DNA of 64,000 bases from Eledone cirrhosa (lineage: Eukaryota), in NCBI GenBank assembly GCA_964016885.1, contig OZ024757.1, forward strand, positions 32,736,001 to 32,800,000, written 5' to 3'. The notes beneath the pieces were generated by a model. It was not told the origin of the DNA and did not search any database. It worked only from the letters and a program-made list of their open reading frames with translations. This document shows positions 27,921 to 40,589 of the stretch, piece by piece. A program made the translations under genes and the position numbers. Numbering within the stretch: position 1 is the first letter of the stretch; each line of letters opens with the position of its first letter.

Positions 27921-30894
27921 CATATTTAAAGCGGCCAGAATTCTCTCACCTCTTTCTGTTCAAACTGCCCATACTGATGTTAAGGTATTGTTCTCAAAAT
28001 AAATAACATCAAAATCTTGTTGATTCAATATTATGTGAGATATACAATAGTATATATAGAGTAATGTAAATGCTAAAGGGTTAATAACTTGATAATTATG
28101 CTAAAACATGTTTGCATGATTGTTAGTTGACTCTTAACACTTAATGATTTAGCAGGAAATATATAAAACTAGGTGTGTTAATTCAAATAATCATCATCAT
28201 CATCATCGTTTAACGTCCATCTTCAACACTAGCATGGGTTGGACGGGTTTGTCCACTTGAGGCAAGATTGGTCGGCTGACTGTGTCTCGCTCATATAGAA
28301 CTGTTTCTGGCAGATTTTCTACAGTTGGATGCCCTTCCTAACACCAACCACATTTACAGTGTGGAGTGGGAGCCTTTTTACTGTCTCCTACATGACCACT
28401 TTGTTTTGAATATTTACAATAAACTAAAATAAAGATTAATTTTTTAATGTGATGCAGTCATAGTGCTGTTTGTACTTTTCAAGTGGTTTCAAAAGGTCCA
28501 GGATGTTAAGAGTTAATAGGAAATTGTCTGAAATAAATGTGAAATGGAAGTCAATCTTTGAGATCCATAAGATATTTTTGATTCCAGCATTGGTCCCTGG
28601 AGTCATCTCGGCTTCAATTACATGATTATGTGAGCAGATGAATGTTTAATGTTTATTTTCTATGCTTGCATGGGTTAGACTGGTTGTCATGTACTGAGGC
28701 TAGACAGATCAAGTGACCACATCTTGTTCATACGCTTCGTTTTGGGCTTGGTTTCTATGGCTGGATGCTCTTCATAATTCCAACCATTTTATAATGCATT
28801 CCATGAGTATTTTATCATGACTCTGGTACTATCTTGTTACAGGGTGGACTGGATGCTTTTTGTCATAGTACCAATATGACCACCTTACAGCAATTTCTAG
28901 CCTCTGCAGTCAAGGCTGATGCTTCACTGTCAGGTAGCATCACAGTTCACACACAAGCATCATAGAGTCTACCTTTCGTTCTGAGAGAAAAGCATTTTGT
29001 TGTTAGCTGCAATAATATATATATCATCATCATATTGATATTACATAATGTCTATATATAAGCAGGTGGGTAAAGTCTCTTGTATCTTGTGAATATGGTT
29101 GATGTAATATAATCTCAATCAGCCTATTGGTGATCAATAACAACAACAGTAACAATAATATTAATAGAAATTCTCAAATCACATTCATTTCTTTTTGGTC
29201 TAGTTACCAAAGAATCTGCAGCTGTATCAACAAGTGCATAGATCACACATACCCATGAGACTTAACTATCTATCTCTATCTAATTAACTGTCTGTGTATC
29301 CATCCATCTGCTTGTCTACCTTTCTTTCTATCTATCTGTCTGTTTGTCAGTCTGTCCATGTAACTATTTATCCTCTTCGAGTATATCTCACTCTTACTAT
29401 TTTTACCTTTTTAGAAGTCACTTCTTCAAGTCCTCCGCCTTTCTCTACCCCTTCCTCCCCTCTGGTTTTTCTGTGTGTGTGTGTTTATATAGGAAGAGCA
29501 TCCAGCTGTAGAAAGCCTGCCAAACAAGGGGTTAGGAGGTTCCTTCAGTTTATGGGAAAAATACGACAACTTGGATAATGACCATACATATAATAATAAT
29601 AATAAAATTATTGTGTAAAGGTGCATGTATAGTACATAGAATAATACACAAATGTCGGGGAAGTGAATAGTGTATGAGTCATGGTATACATGTGTGTATG
29701 TGTATGGAGGGCGAACATTAGCTGTAGTGTTGGCGGATCTCGGGAAGCATGGAGGCCTTAAAGGATGCAGTGTCCCAACAGCTAACAACTGATGCAGGTG
29801 AAAAAATGTTTCCGAAAGTCATGGGAGCTGTGCTGTTTTCTGACTTTGTGGGCATGTCCACATGTTAGACACATGGAAATCAAAAAGGTACTCAGGCTTG
29901 TTGTTGGCAAGATGGTTAACAATTTTGTGGTATACAGACTTCCTCAGCCTGTCTGGGACACCAGTAGCCCCACTTCAGTACTGACTTGGTCTATGTAGAC
30001 CTGTCCAACCCTTACTAGCAGGGAAAGTGGACTTTAAATGATGATATACACTGGGTCTCCATCCTATGAAAGTTTAGTTTTGTCTCATGACCCTGAGTAC
30101 ACGAGAGAAACTCCAGAGTAACAACTTAGTTGTATTAAAGAATATATTAATCTTTGCTGTGATATTGAGTATTGATTCTTGCAACTACCAATAGTATGTT
30201 TGAGTGAGTGTGTGTCTATATATACATATTCTCTGTATCTATCCATCTGTCTACTTTCTATGTATGTGTGTGTGTATATATATATATATACACAGGGTGT
30301 CCCCAAACATTGTATACACAAAAAAATCTTTTTAAAATGTATTAAAATAAACTCTGATTTACATACAATTGAATTATGTCTAGATCATTTTATTTTTGGC
30401 AGAAGCAGTGCATTCTAATAAATATTGCCTGTACTGGTAATCAAAGTGTGTATACATTTTTTGGGACACCCTATATATATATCCATCCAACTGTCTATCA
30501 ACCTCTCTATCTATTTATCCATCCATATATATTCTTTCTATTACTCCTGCCCACAAGACTCCCCCCTGGACAAGACGCCAGTCCATCGCAGGGTTAAACC
30601 TCCAGCTATTGCTGGAGCAATGTGAAATGAAGTGTTTTGCTCAAGAACACAACACGTAACCCAGGAATCGAACCCATGACATTATGATCATAAGTCCAAC
30701 ACCCTTACCACTAGGCCATGTGCCTCCATCTACGGTGTAATACCAAATGTGAAATACCATATTGGCATTGAGTGCTCAAACTGATGAACTAATAGTAACT
30801 AAATGCTACACACCAATAAACTATTATATATATATATATATATATTTCGTTTCTGAATTTGTTTAGCAAGATTCTTTATCTGTGTTGAAACCGA

Positions 30895-31290
30895 TATTGT
30901 TATACTTTGGGAGGGTCATGTTGCCAATAAGAAACACACGCACCAGTTGCTTTCACTTCAATTTATTATAATAAATTTATAATAAATTTATAAATTTATA
31001 AATTTCTGGTTGGTTGGTTCGTTGGTTCCACAATCAGATAGTTGTTTATATATTGTCATAGTTCTTTCGTCACACACTCTGTGACCTCTTCAGTGACTGG
31101 GGATTCCTTTCTTTATTTCTGTGCCTCTCCTTTGTTCTGTCCTACGCCATTTTGTTTCTGTGTGTGTGTTGTGTGCTCAGTCTGCGCATGCGCCACATCC
31201 GGGTGTCTGTGTGTGTTTATGTTCATTTATTTATTTGTTTATTTACATGTTTCTTATTGGCAACATGACCCTCCCAAAGTATAACAATAT
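30895..31290. mobile_element. ~400-bp element bounded by ~41-bp perfect inverted repeats
   Basis: atattgttatactttgggagggtcatgttgccaataagaaaca and its reverse complement at ~31248-31290, set among TA repeats. Confidence 0.7.
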
Positions 31291-31378
31291 ATATATATAT
31301 ATAATTAGGAAGTAAACAAGACAATATAACTACTCCATTACCAAAGGTTTCAGGACCCTAGACAATATTATGTTGTTC

Positions 31379-31426
<48 letters not shown>

Positions 31427-32401
31427 GTGTATGCAAAAAGTCAATGCACACACACTATATATATATATATATATATATGTATTTATAGATAGAGTCTGCG
31501 ATACTGAGACCAAGGAGACCACTGATCTTGTGAGTACTCGATACATGGGGAGATGTAGAGTCGGTATAGAGATATGTAAAATGACCATAGCGCCATAGTC
31601 GGGATTTTACATATCTCTCTATATATATATATATATATGTGTGAATAAAACTAGAGTGAGAAGACGTCCGTCATTGGTATTTCTTCGCATTAAAGATCAT
31701 ATACCTCTGGCTGGTGCGAGCAATAACTAAAAAAAGTTATTGGGACACGTAGAATAGGGTGAAGCGAGCAAGACATGTAAACAGAGATGGTAATGCAACG
31801 GGAAGAGGGGAAACAAGCCTGTGATATCTATGAACTTAAGTTCGATGAATCATGGGCGGGGAGAGACACAGACGCGTCCGAGCCGTGTGAGATGTAAGCG
31901 AGAAAAGGATATATATATATATATAGAGAGAGAGAGAGGCTCCCAGTCCACACTGTAAATGTGGTTGGTGTTAGGAAGGGCATCCAGCCGTAGAAAACCT
32001 GCCAGAAACAGTTCTATACGAGCGCGGCATGGCCACCCGACCAATCTTGCCTAAAGTGGGACAAACCCATCCAACCCATGCAAACGTGGAAGATGGACGT
32101 TAACCCTTTAGCATTTACATTACTCTATATATACTATTGTATTTTCATAGTAAAGGCTTTATCTCACATAATATCGAATCTAAGAGATTTTGAAAGTATT
32201 TATTTTGAGAACAATACTTTAACATCAGTATGAGTGACCAGTTTCAACAGAAAGAGGTAGAGAATTCTGGCCGGTTTGAACATTAAAGGGTATGATGATG
32301 ATGATGATATATATATATATAGGAATAGTAATGTCTATTGGCGTGGGAAGAGAGCTTAAGTCTGTGGTTTTGAGCTGTACCCTAGAGGCAGCTCTGCCCC
32401 A

Positions 32402-32404
<3 letters not shown>

Positions 32405-32436
<32 letters not shown>

Positions 32437-35400
32437 GGTGGTCAGGGTTGACTCGGCAGGTTTTACCATTCTCGGTTGGTCAGCCACATTAAGACGAACT
32501 AATTGGTGCCCAAATTATGATGACATATTTTGAATTCCATACGGCAGCTGGGGGGCCGAAAAACCAGTGGCCGGAGGGAATGGGATAGGTCTCTTCGGCC
32601 TGTCGCAGCGTTCTGTAATGGCCCGCTGCGATTGGCAACTGTCTCCGAGGACTGGCAAAGAGCCGGGCCATGTTCCTCGTAAGAGCGCCGGCTCACTGGA
32701 TTTGACCTACCGGAGGATTCAAATACCGACCATACTAGTCCATAGGGATACACCCGATAAATTTACTCTGGAGTACCCAACCCACGCTTGAGAGGCAAGC
32801 AACTGCCGTCGTGGCTCGCGCGCGACCCCGTGGAATCTGTCTGTGAGGTTGGGCCAACGGTCGCGGGGGAGGACTGTCTCGAGATTCCTTCTAAGAGCGT
32901 AATCTTGTTTTGCTCGTGCTGTTCGCGTCATTTCTCAGGCCCATCTGGTGGGGCGGAGCATTTGCTGCGCTGTCATGAGCGAAAGGCAGTTTTTAGGTGC
33001 AGCAAATGCGGTAGGGAGAGTTGTCACCTGCATTCGCTCCGGGTGCACGTGGGCCGATGCACGGGCAGGAGATGGGACGACATGCCCGCCGTCTCGGACT
33101 TGATCCACAGGTGCGGGGAGTGCGACCGTGCCTTCCGTACGGTCGCAGGAAGATCGCAGCACGAGAGGCATCGTCATCCAGTGGTTGCCAATCGCCGCAG
33201 CATCGCGAAACACGCGGAGGAGATCGGAAAGAAGCGTGCCTCTCGTGCTGCTGCTGCAGCCTCTCGCGAGAGAGCTGGGCAGCCCCGCACCCGGGTTGGT
33301 CCGAGCAGGAGGTTTCGGTCCTTCTCGAAAAGGAGGACGAGCTTCTTAAGGCGGGGTGTCGTCGTGTCAATCTTGGGATCGCTCTTTTCCTGCCCGGAAA
33401 GACTGTGAAACAGATTAGTTCGAAGAGGAGCAATCTAAGGAATAGAAAAAAACACTGTGAACAGTCCCCTACCCGTTCTGCAGGGTCGTTAGAGAGACGG
33501 CCGCCTAACCAGCGGAGTGGGGCGTCCATCCCGGTTGCCTCTGATAACGATTGGGGGAACTTGTTTGGCGAGGCGGTGGAGCCTGGGCGCTCTCGATGGT
33601 CCGCCGCTTTTGCCGAGTGTCTTGTCACATTTTGTGATGAGATCACGGATGAGAGCTGGGATGCGTTCGCCGGGTTTGTCGACGAATGGCTGAACAAGGT
33701 GCGCTCGAACAGAGGGCGTGGTAGAGCGCGAAATACACGGAAAAAGAGTAGATTTAAAAGGCCCTATTTTGCGACTGTTTACCGTGTCCGAAGTGGTGGG
33801 TGCGCGTAGGTGTATGGATCCGCATTCGGCTCCGGGGCCCGACGGAATCACGCCCCAGCAGGTACGCGCAATCAACCCTGCAACTCTAGTGAATCTATTT
33901 AACTGTTTGCTGCTAGCCGGGAGAGTTCCCGATATCTTGAAGCAAGGAAGGTCAGTCCTCATTCGCAAAAATGGACGGTCCGATCGACCTTTCCAATTGG
34001 AGACCCCTGACGATATGCTCTGCCGTATATCGTCTATACACCAGGATTCTCTCTAAAAGAATGCTTCAGGTAACACCCCTGAACCCGGCCCAACGAGGGT
34101 TCATTAATGCGGACGGCTGCAGTGAGAATTTATTCTTACTGCGACAACTAATCGCTCGCACTAGGGGTGGGCTAGCTCGATCGAGGATTCGGCAGTTGAA
34201 CGTGGCCTTCTTGGACCTTGCCAAGGCCTTCGATACTGTCCCGCACTCACTCGTGTTTGCGGGCATGAGAAGACTTGGATTTCACGAACACATGGTCGAA
34301 GTCGTACGAGGGCTGTGTCACAAAATTCTCGGTCGGAGCGGAAACGAGCAGAGCCATCTCGATCAGGCGAGGAGTACGGCAAGGAGATGCCCTCTCGCCC
34401 CTTCTCTTCAACATTGCCACTGATCCGCTGTTGGACGCTTTGTCCAACGACTGTGGCTTATGGATTGGAGAGTTGGGTTTGTCGAGTTTGGCGCACGCGG
34501 ATGACAATGCTCTGGTGTCCGGCTCCTCGGTGGAGATGCAGCGCCTAGTTGACAGGTGTGTGTCTTTTTACCGCGAGATGGGGCTAGCAGTGAATGTCTC
34601 CAAATGCGCCTTCTTCTCGATTAAAGCGTGGGGGAAGTCTTTCTTGGTCAACACAGACTCCGCCCCTGAGATTGATGGGATTCAGCTCTTGAGAATCGAC
34701 CCTGCAGAGAAATGCTCTTACTTAGGTGTTAGTGTCGGCCCGTGGTCGAACCTCGAGTTGAAAGTTTCGGTGGAGCGGGTGTCACAGCGTGTCGATAAGA
34801 TTTGCTGTGCTCCACTGAAGCCCCGGCAGAAATTCCATCTGCTACAACAGTATTACCTGCCTAGATTGTTTTACAGTCTGGTGCAGGTGATGCCTAGCCG
34901 GATTAAACTCGAGGAGCTAGACGCGGCGATTCGCGCGGGAACACGTAGGATTATGCATCTGCATGTGTCGACCTCGGTTTCCTTCTTGTACTGTAGCAAG
35001 CGGGACGGTGGATTGGGTCTTTGCCACTTGGCGAAGTTAATCCCATCCATCGTGATTCGTAAGAATCTCCGTTTGCTAGCCTCTCGTTATGACGCGGTTC
35101 GTCTCATGGCGGAATCGGCGGGCCACGCTACGCGGAACAGCGAGATAGCGTTACGTTATGGGCTGCCTCCGGTCCCGCCGGGCGCGTCCACGTACGCGCC
35201 CGATCCTGGATGGCAGGCCGCCGAGGCCTGGGCCTCCCAGCCCGTTCAGGGGGCGTGTGCGGGGTCGTTTCGGGGTGACCGAATCGGCAACGATTGGTTG
35301 CTCCGCCCGGGTGTGGTTTCTGAGGGGACCTTTTTGAGTTGTCTCAAACTGCGAACCAATACGTTTCCCACCCGGGAATGCTTGGCGAGAGGCGGTCGCG

Positions 35401-36340
35401 GTGACAAGACCTGCCGACGCTGTGGAACGGCCGCGGGGACAATCGCCCATATCAGTGGCCAGTGCCCTCTTCTCAAGAGAAAGTGACTGGCCCGGCATGA
35501 CTGACCAGCTGTGCCAACTGATAGCGGACGAATCCACGCGCCTTGGCTGGGAGCCGTCCTACCGGGTGAACGATGCGAGGCTCATTCCGGACCTGGTGAT
35601 GACGAGAGGGGGTGCGACGTTGGTCGTTGATGTCACTGTGAGATTTGAGCGGGGGAGTGCTTTGATCGACGCCGCGGCGGAGAAGGTACGAAAATACCTT
35701 CCCTTAACGGCTCTGCTGGAGAATGAAACGGGTGGGAGAGTCTCGGTTCATGGCTGTCCCATCGGGGCCTGCGGAGCGTGGTCCGTCGCGGCAGAGGAGA
35801 CTCTTTCTGCTCTTGGGATTGATGACGATGCGTTCAGGAGGCTCTTGTGTCGTAGAGCGATGCTAGCAACGCTTGAAATGCTGGAGTGAGTTCCAGCTGG
35901 ACTCGACTGGCTGGCGGTGCTCGCGAGACGGGGCTTTCTGGACTCTTCTGGTTCCTCTCGCTTTGACTGATTGTCGTCTGCTCCCCCCTTGTATGGGCCC
36001 ATACTGGGTTCGGGGGATGATTGCCTCAGATTTTTTTTTTTTGTGCGCGCGTTAGAGCCCGGGCCCACTCTTCCTAATTCTAATTAACTAAACTAACCCG
36101 GTAAGCGGTCGGATAGAAAATCCGAGTGAAGGAGAAGTGAGACGACTCCGCCGGCTCCGCTAGTCCGGGCGTTCGTGGTGGGTTCACGTTAGCATGCCCT
36201 TTACCCCCCGTTGCAGGGTTACGCGTCTGTGTTTTTATTTTTGTTAATTTGTTGGTTATTAAAACTTATTAATTGAATGTTGAATAGGAGAGTGGGAAAC
36301 TTGGGTCTCGTGGAGCGGTCTCTTTTTTTTTTTTTTTTTT
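32405..36340 (+). mobile_element. Decayed R2-clade (R2-A-like) non-LTR retrotransposon
   Basis: Zinc fingers CSCC..H..H (32911), CSKC..H..C (32998), CGEC..H..H (33112); Myb WSEQEV...LPGKTVKQI; RT motifs APGPDG, WRPLTI, QRGF, FLDLAKAFDTVPH, GVRQGDALSP, AHADD, YLG; KLRTN, CRRC..HISGQC; endonuclease PDLV..DVTVRFE..K..KY, stop at 35889. Several frameshifts and stops. Confidence 0.92.
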
Positions 36341-36694
36341 GGGTGGTCGAGCGGTGCACGACCACCTTATTTTAGTTTATTAAGGGTTTTAAATACTGGA
36401 TTGACAGATGGCGGATCGAATTGCCGTCGGCGTGACATGATAATTCTGCCACGGCCGGTGAGCGGTTTGAACTGCGGTCGGTACCAACCGGATTGACACG
36501 GGCACACCGTTCATGCCATAGAGAGCTTGATGGCGTTGGCCCGTGGGACCACCCACTCTAAAAACAGGGAAAGGCGTCTCGTGCTTTGAAAAAAGCACGA
36601 GTTAAGTGCCAGCTACAGGTTCATTAGAGTGGGCACTCAGTGTGTAGTTTCCAGTAGGTATATCGGTGTTGTATTAAGTAAAGTGTAATACCTT

Positions 36695-36830
36695 AACAGA
36701 AGTCCGATGAGCTTTTGATTCCAGAGTTAGACCAGATCGAACCTTGAGCTGATCAATAGCGAAACGTGTATGTCTCACCTCATTAAATGTAATGACGGCC
36801 TAACATTTCATCCTTTTTATTATTAGTATA
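36695..36830 (+). mobile_element. Short Penelope-like terminal repeat with hammerhead-like core; second copy at ~60075-60232 (-)
   Basis: CCGATGA-GCT...AGC-GAAACGTGTATGTC; the other copy reads GGT-CCGACGA-GCT...GAAACGTGCATC-ACC. Confidence 0.5.
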
Positions 36831-37245
36831 TAAATATATACACACAGATATATCATCATCATCATCATCATCATTATACATCTGCTTTTCCATGCTTTTC
36901 AATGGGTTAGACGGATCCTTGCCAGCACAGCATCCCACCATTCATTGCAGTCAAGATTCACACGCGCACACACACACACACACACAAACCCACATGACTT
37001 GTGTTTATGGATGATGATAAAAGGCAGGTCAGTGTGTGGAGCCATTGGCAGTCTCTAATGCTATAATTTAATATTGAAACAGGAAGCAGTCTTGTGGCAT
37101 ATTTTCAAGTCATTGTTACAGTAATTTGTCTCAAACACATGTGCGCGCGCACATATATATATATATATACATACACATGATCAGATATATATGCACACAA
37201 ATATATCCCATTCACATGTGCATATATATATGCATGTGTGTATAC

Positions 37246-37278
<33 letters not shown>

Positions 37279-38184
37279 TATATCTTTGCAAGCAGGGAAA
37301 AGCGGGCGTAAAATGATGATGATATATGTGTGTGTGTGTGTGTGTTTAATATATAATGAGCATTTAACTTGCCAATGGATGGTAAACAATGATTACAAGG
37401 TGGATGAGCCAAAGCCAGTGGCTACTATGTTTTGGGATGATGAAGAAGGTCTCAATCGTCTGGGAAGACACCCTTCTAAGACAACATATGGTTTTCTATG
37501 GCTGGATGCCCTTCCTATCACCAACCATGATACAGAGTGAACTGGGTGTATTTATTGTATAAACCACTTACACTAGGGAGATTGTCATGTTTTTGACACA
37601 GCTGAAAAGTCCTTCTGACCTGGTTTGGCAAACTTTCTATGCCTGGATGGCTTTCTATCACTAACCACTTTAGTGTAGTGGATGTATTTATCACATAGAT
37701 CACCAACATTAGGGAGGTTGTGGAAGGCACGTGGCTTGGTGGTTAGAGAGTTGGATTCAAAATCGTGAGGTTGTGAGTTCAATTCTCAGACCGGGTGATG
37801 TAAGACACTTTATTTTCACATTTCTCTTTCTGCCAGGAGTTGTGACCGGTAGATAGTATTCAGCGATGGAAACATTGTTTCCTTGGTCCAATTTGACGAG
37901 GTCCACCCCACTCGGCAAGCGAATGAGGTCTGAGATCTTGCTGATCGAGGGAAGTTGACATCACTGAAGGGTCCCCCTGATCTCTTGCTTGGCAAGCTTT
38001 CTATGGCTGAATGGCTTTCCTATCACCAATCATTTTACAAAGTGTACTGGGTGGTTTATCACATAAATTACCAACACTAGGGAGGTTGTCATGTCTTTAA
38101 AACACTTGAGTTATCTTGATCCTTTGTTTGGCAAGCTTTTATCACCCACCACTTTACAGAAAGTAGTGCATGCATTTATCATAT

Positions 38185-38380
38185 ATAGGGGCAGTAGAAA
38201 AGCATTATCAAACATACCAACAACATTATCCAGTAAACCTCATCCTTGCATGATCTGTGGATTTGCTTGCAAATCTTTGGCAGGTCTAAAATGTCATGCC
38301 CGGTATAAACATCCAAACTGAATGAGCTAAATATGTTGTTCAGATCCTCCTATGTCGAAATCAATGAGAGAGTCCATCAT
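38185..38380 (+). mobile_element. RTE/BovB-type LINE 3' end with C-terminal CCHH finger
   Basis: CMICGFACKSLAGLKCHARYKH, then a short UTR and cat/ta tail. Confidence 0.55.
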
Positions 38381-38586
38381 ATATATATAACAAATTTAAT
38401 ATAGAAATGGCCTCTGCAGGACTAGAACTGTTTTATTCAAAGGGATCCTCTGTGATGATTTCCTTTGAATGAAACAGTTCTAGTCTTGTAGAAGCCATTT
38501 CTATATTAAATTTGTTGTATACACTCTACTAATGTATTTGAGTACCTTACTTACTGTGGTTACTCCCGATTGAACCCAGGACTCAC

Positions 38587-38621
<35 letters not shown>

Positions 38622-39876
38622 TATAAACTGAAGGTTTAATATAATGTATATATCGAACTAAGCTCATTAACTGTTCCAAGTTAAAGGTTCGCTCTGATAT
38701 ATTGAGCTGTAGACTTCCTGTCTTCACAACCACCCTCTGCTGGTTGTCCACTCACATTACCTGCTATATTTTACATATGGAAATATGAACACAAGTTTAT
38801 TCATAATAACACTTTCATGTCTTACACACACATAACACGTGCAGGTACACAAGCACACACAGGCACACATATGCCTGTGTCAATGTGCGTGCCTGCTTGC
38901 ATGTGTATTTTAATCACATTTGCACATGAGATCTTTCTGTGGATATATATATATATATGGAGGCACATGGCTTAGTGGTTAGAGCATTGGCCTTGCAATC
39001 GAAAGGTTGTGAGTTCAATTCTCAGACCAGGTGGTGTGTTGTTTCCTTGAGCAAGACACTTTATTTCACATTGCTCCAGTTTACTCAGCTGTAGAAATGA
39101 GATGATAGGGACTGGGGTCTCTATCATTCCACTGCAAAGTGGTCGTGTAGGTGCCACGGCAAAAAAGCACCCAGCACTCACTGTAAATGAGGTTGGTGTT
39201 AGGAAGGGCATCCAGCTGTAGAAATCAAGCCAGAATCAGTTCCCGTCCCACCCTTGCAAGCAGGGAAAAGTGGACGTAAAATGAAATGATGATGATGATG
39301 ATGATATACATATATATATAACAGAATGTTGTAGTTTGCTTGAAGCATTATTGATTATGAAATATAAGTTTAAATAATTTTAAAAGCCATACAATGCATT
39401 AGAGAATTAAAGGTGTCAAGATATTGATAGAATTTTACCTTAGCAAATTTAATTACTCATTATCAAGGGAGTATGCCTGTGAAGGTCTTAAAGGACCAGT
39501 CGGAGATGAGTTGCTGTTTGGATGGCAGATTTAATTTTAATTTGATATTTATATGTGTGTGTGTGTTAGTATTATACATTTCATTTAGAACTGTTTCATT
39601 ATTTTGAAATAATCAAGTCCTGTAAAAGTCCTATTTATCAATATATGAAATAAATATGTACCTTCTGTACTAATCTATTGAGTACATTATTTAACTGTAT
39701 ATATATATATATATATATATACAAAATTAAGATAAGTTAAATTAAATTAAATTAAGGGTGTCATGCCAGATAGACATGCGCCATATCAACCGTAAAATAT
39801 GCTCCAAGATTCTAATTTACAAATTATCCCCTGTGATTGTTTCATATGTTTATTTATATGTCAATCAATTTCTAGT

Positions 39877-39927
<51 letters not shown>

Positions 39928-40589
39928 ACGAAAGGTATAAATGTGTAAAGTTAGAAAGTTATATGTATAGAATAGATATGTTGGTTATTTAGTTGTTATG
40001 ATAATAACAATGTTGTTAGAAGAGATAACATGAATATAATATAAGGAATAATAACATGAATATAAGGAATATAGGATTTGGTTATATATAGTTTACTTCA
40101 CATGAGTTAAAAGGTACATTAAACAAGTTACCATAAGTTGCAAAGATTGACAATATTATTTTTGTTGTTAATGTGAGGCTGTTGAAGCCTGTTGTTGTTG
40201 TTGTTGGAATTTGTGGTAATAGTTGAGACCATAGTGAATGAGAAAGAGTAATATGTATACCTCTTAATGGTCTGTAATAGTTTGTAGACCACTGTGGCTT
40301 GTACATGGTCTGTAGTAATAGAGGTTCCAATCTCTGTGTGTGTATCTGTAGACTTCATCGGGTCTGTTGGTAGACCAAAGGGGTCTGTTGATAACAGTAA
40401 TCCTTACATAGTTGTATATCCTATCGCTTCGATGTCTCTGTGTGGAATGGCTTGTACATGGTTTGTATATAGCTGTCACTTCCTGTCCCCCAACCTGAAC
40501 TTGTTAACACAATAAATGTTGTGACCTAAAATTTAACCTTTAGGTATCACCCAAAGTTCAAGCCGCGGACAGGTTTCGCTACATATATA

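Noticed and set aside
32440-32700. HDV-like ribozyme candidates in the R2 5' region (GGUUGA/UCAGCC around UUCUCG; GAGCCGG/CCGGCUC around UUCCUCGU)
   Set aside because: R2 5' ends often carry HDV-like ribozymes, but here P3 pairing, the GG of P1.1 and P2 could not all be satisfied by eye. An RNArobo/Infernal search would be needed.
36398-36410. GGATTGACAGAT resembling a conserved 18S rRNA segment
   Set aside because: Only ~12 nt match with no flanking rRNA similarity; not evidence of an rDNA target.
36545-36640. Twister/pistol ribozyme reading of the GAAA-capped hairpin
   Set aside because: Required conserved nucleotides and pseudoknot pairings are absent.
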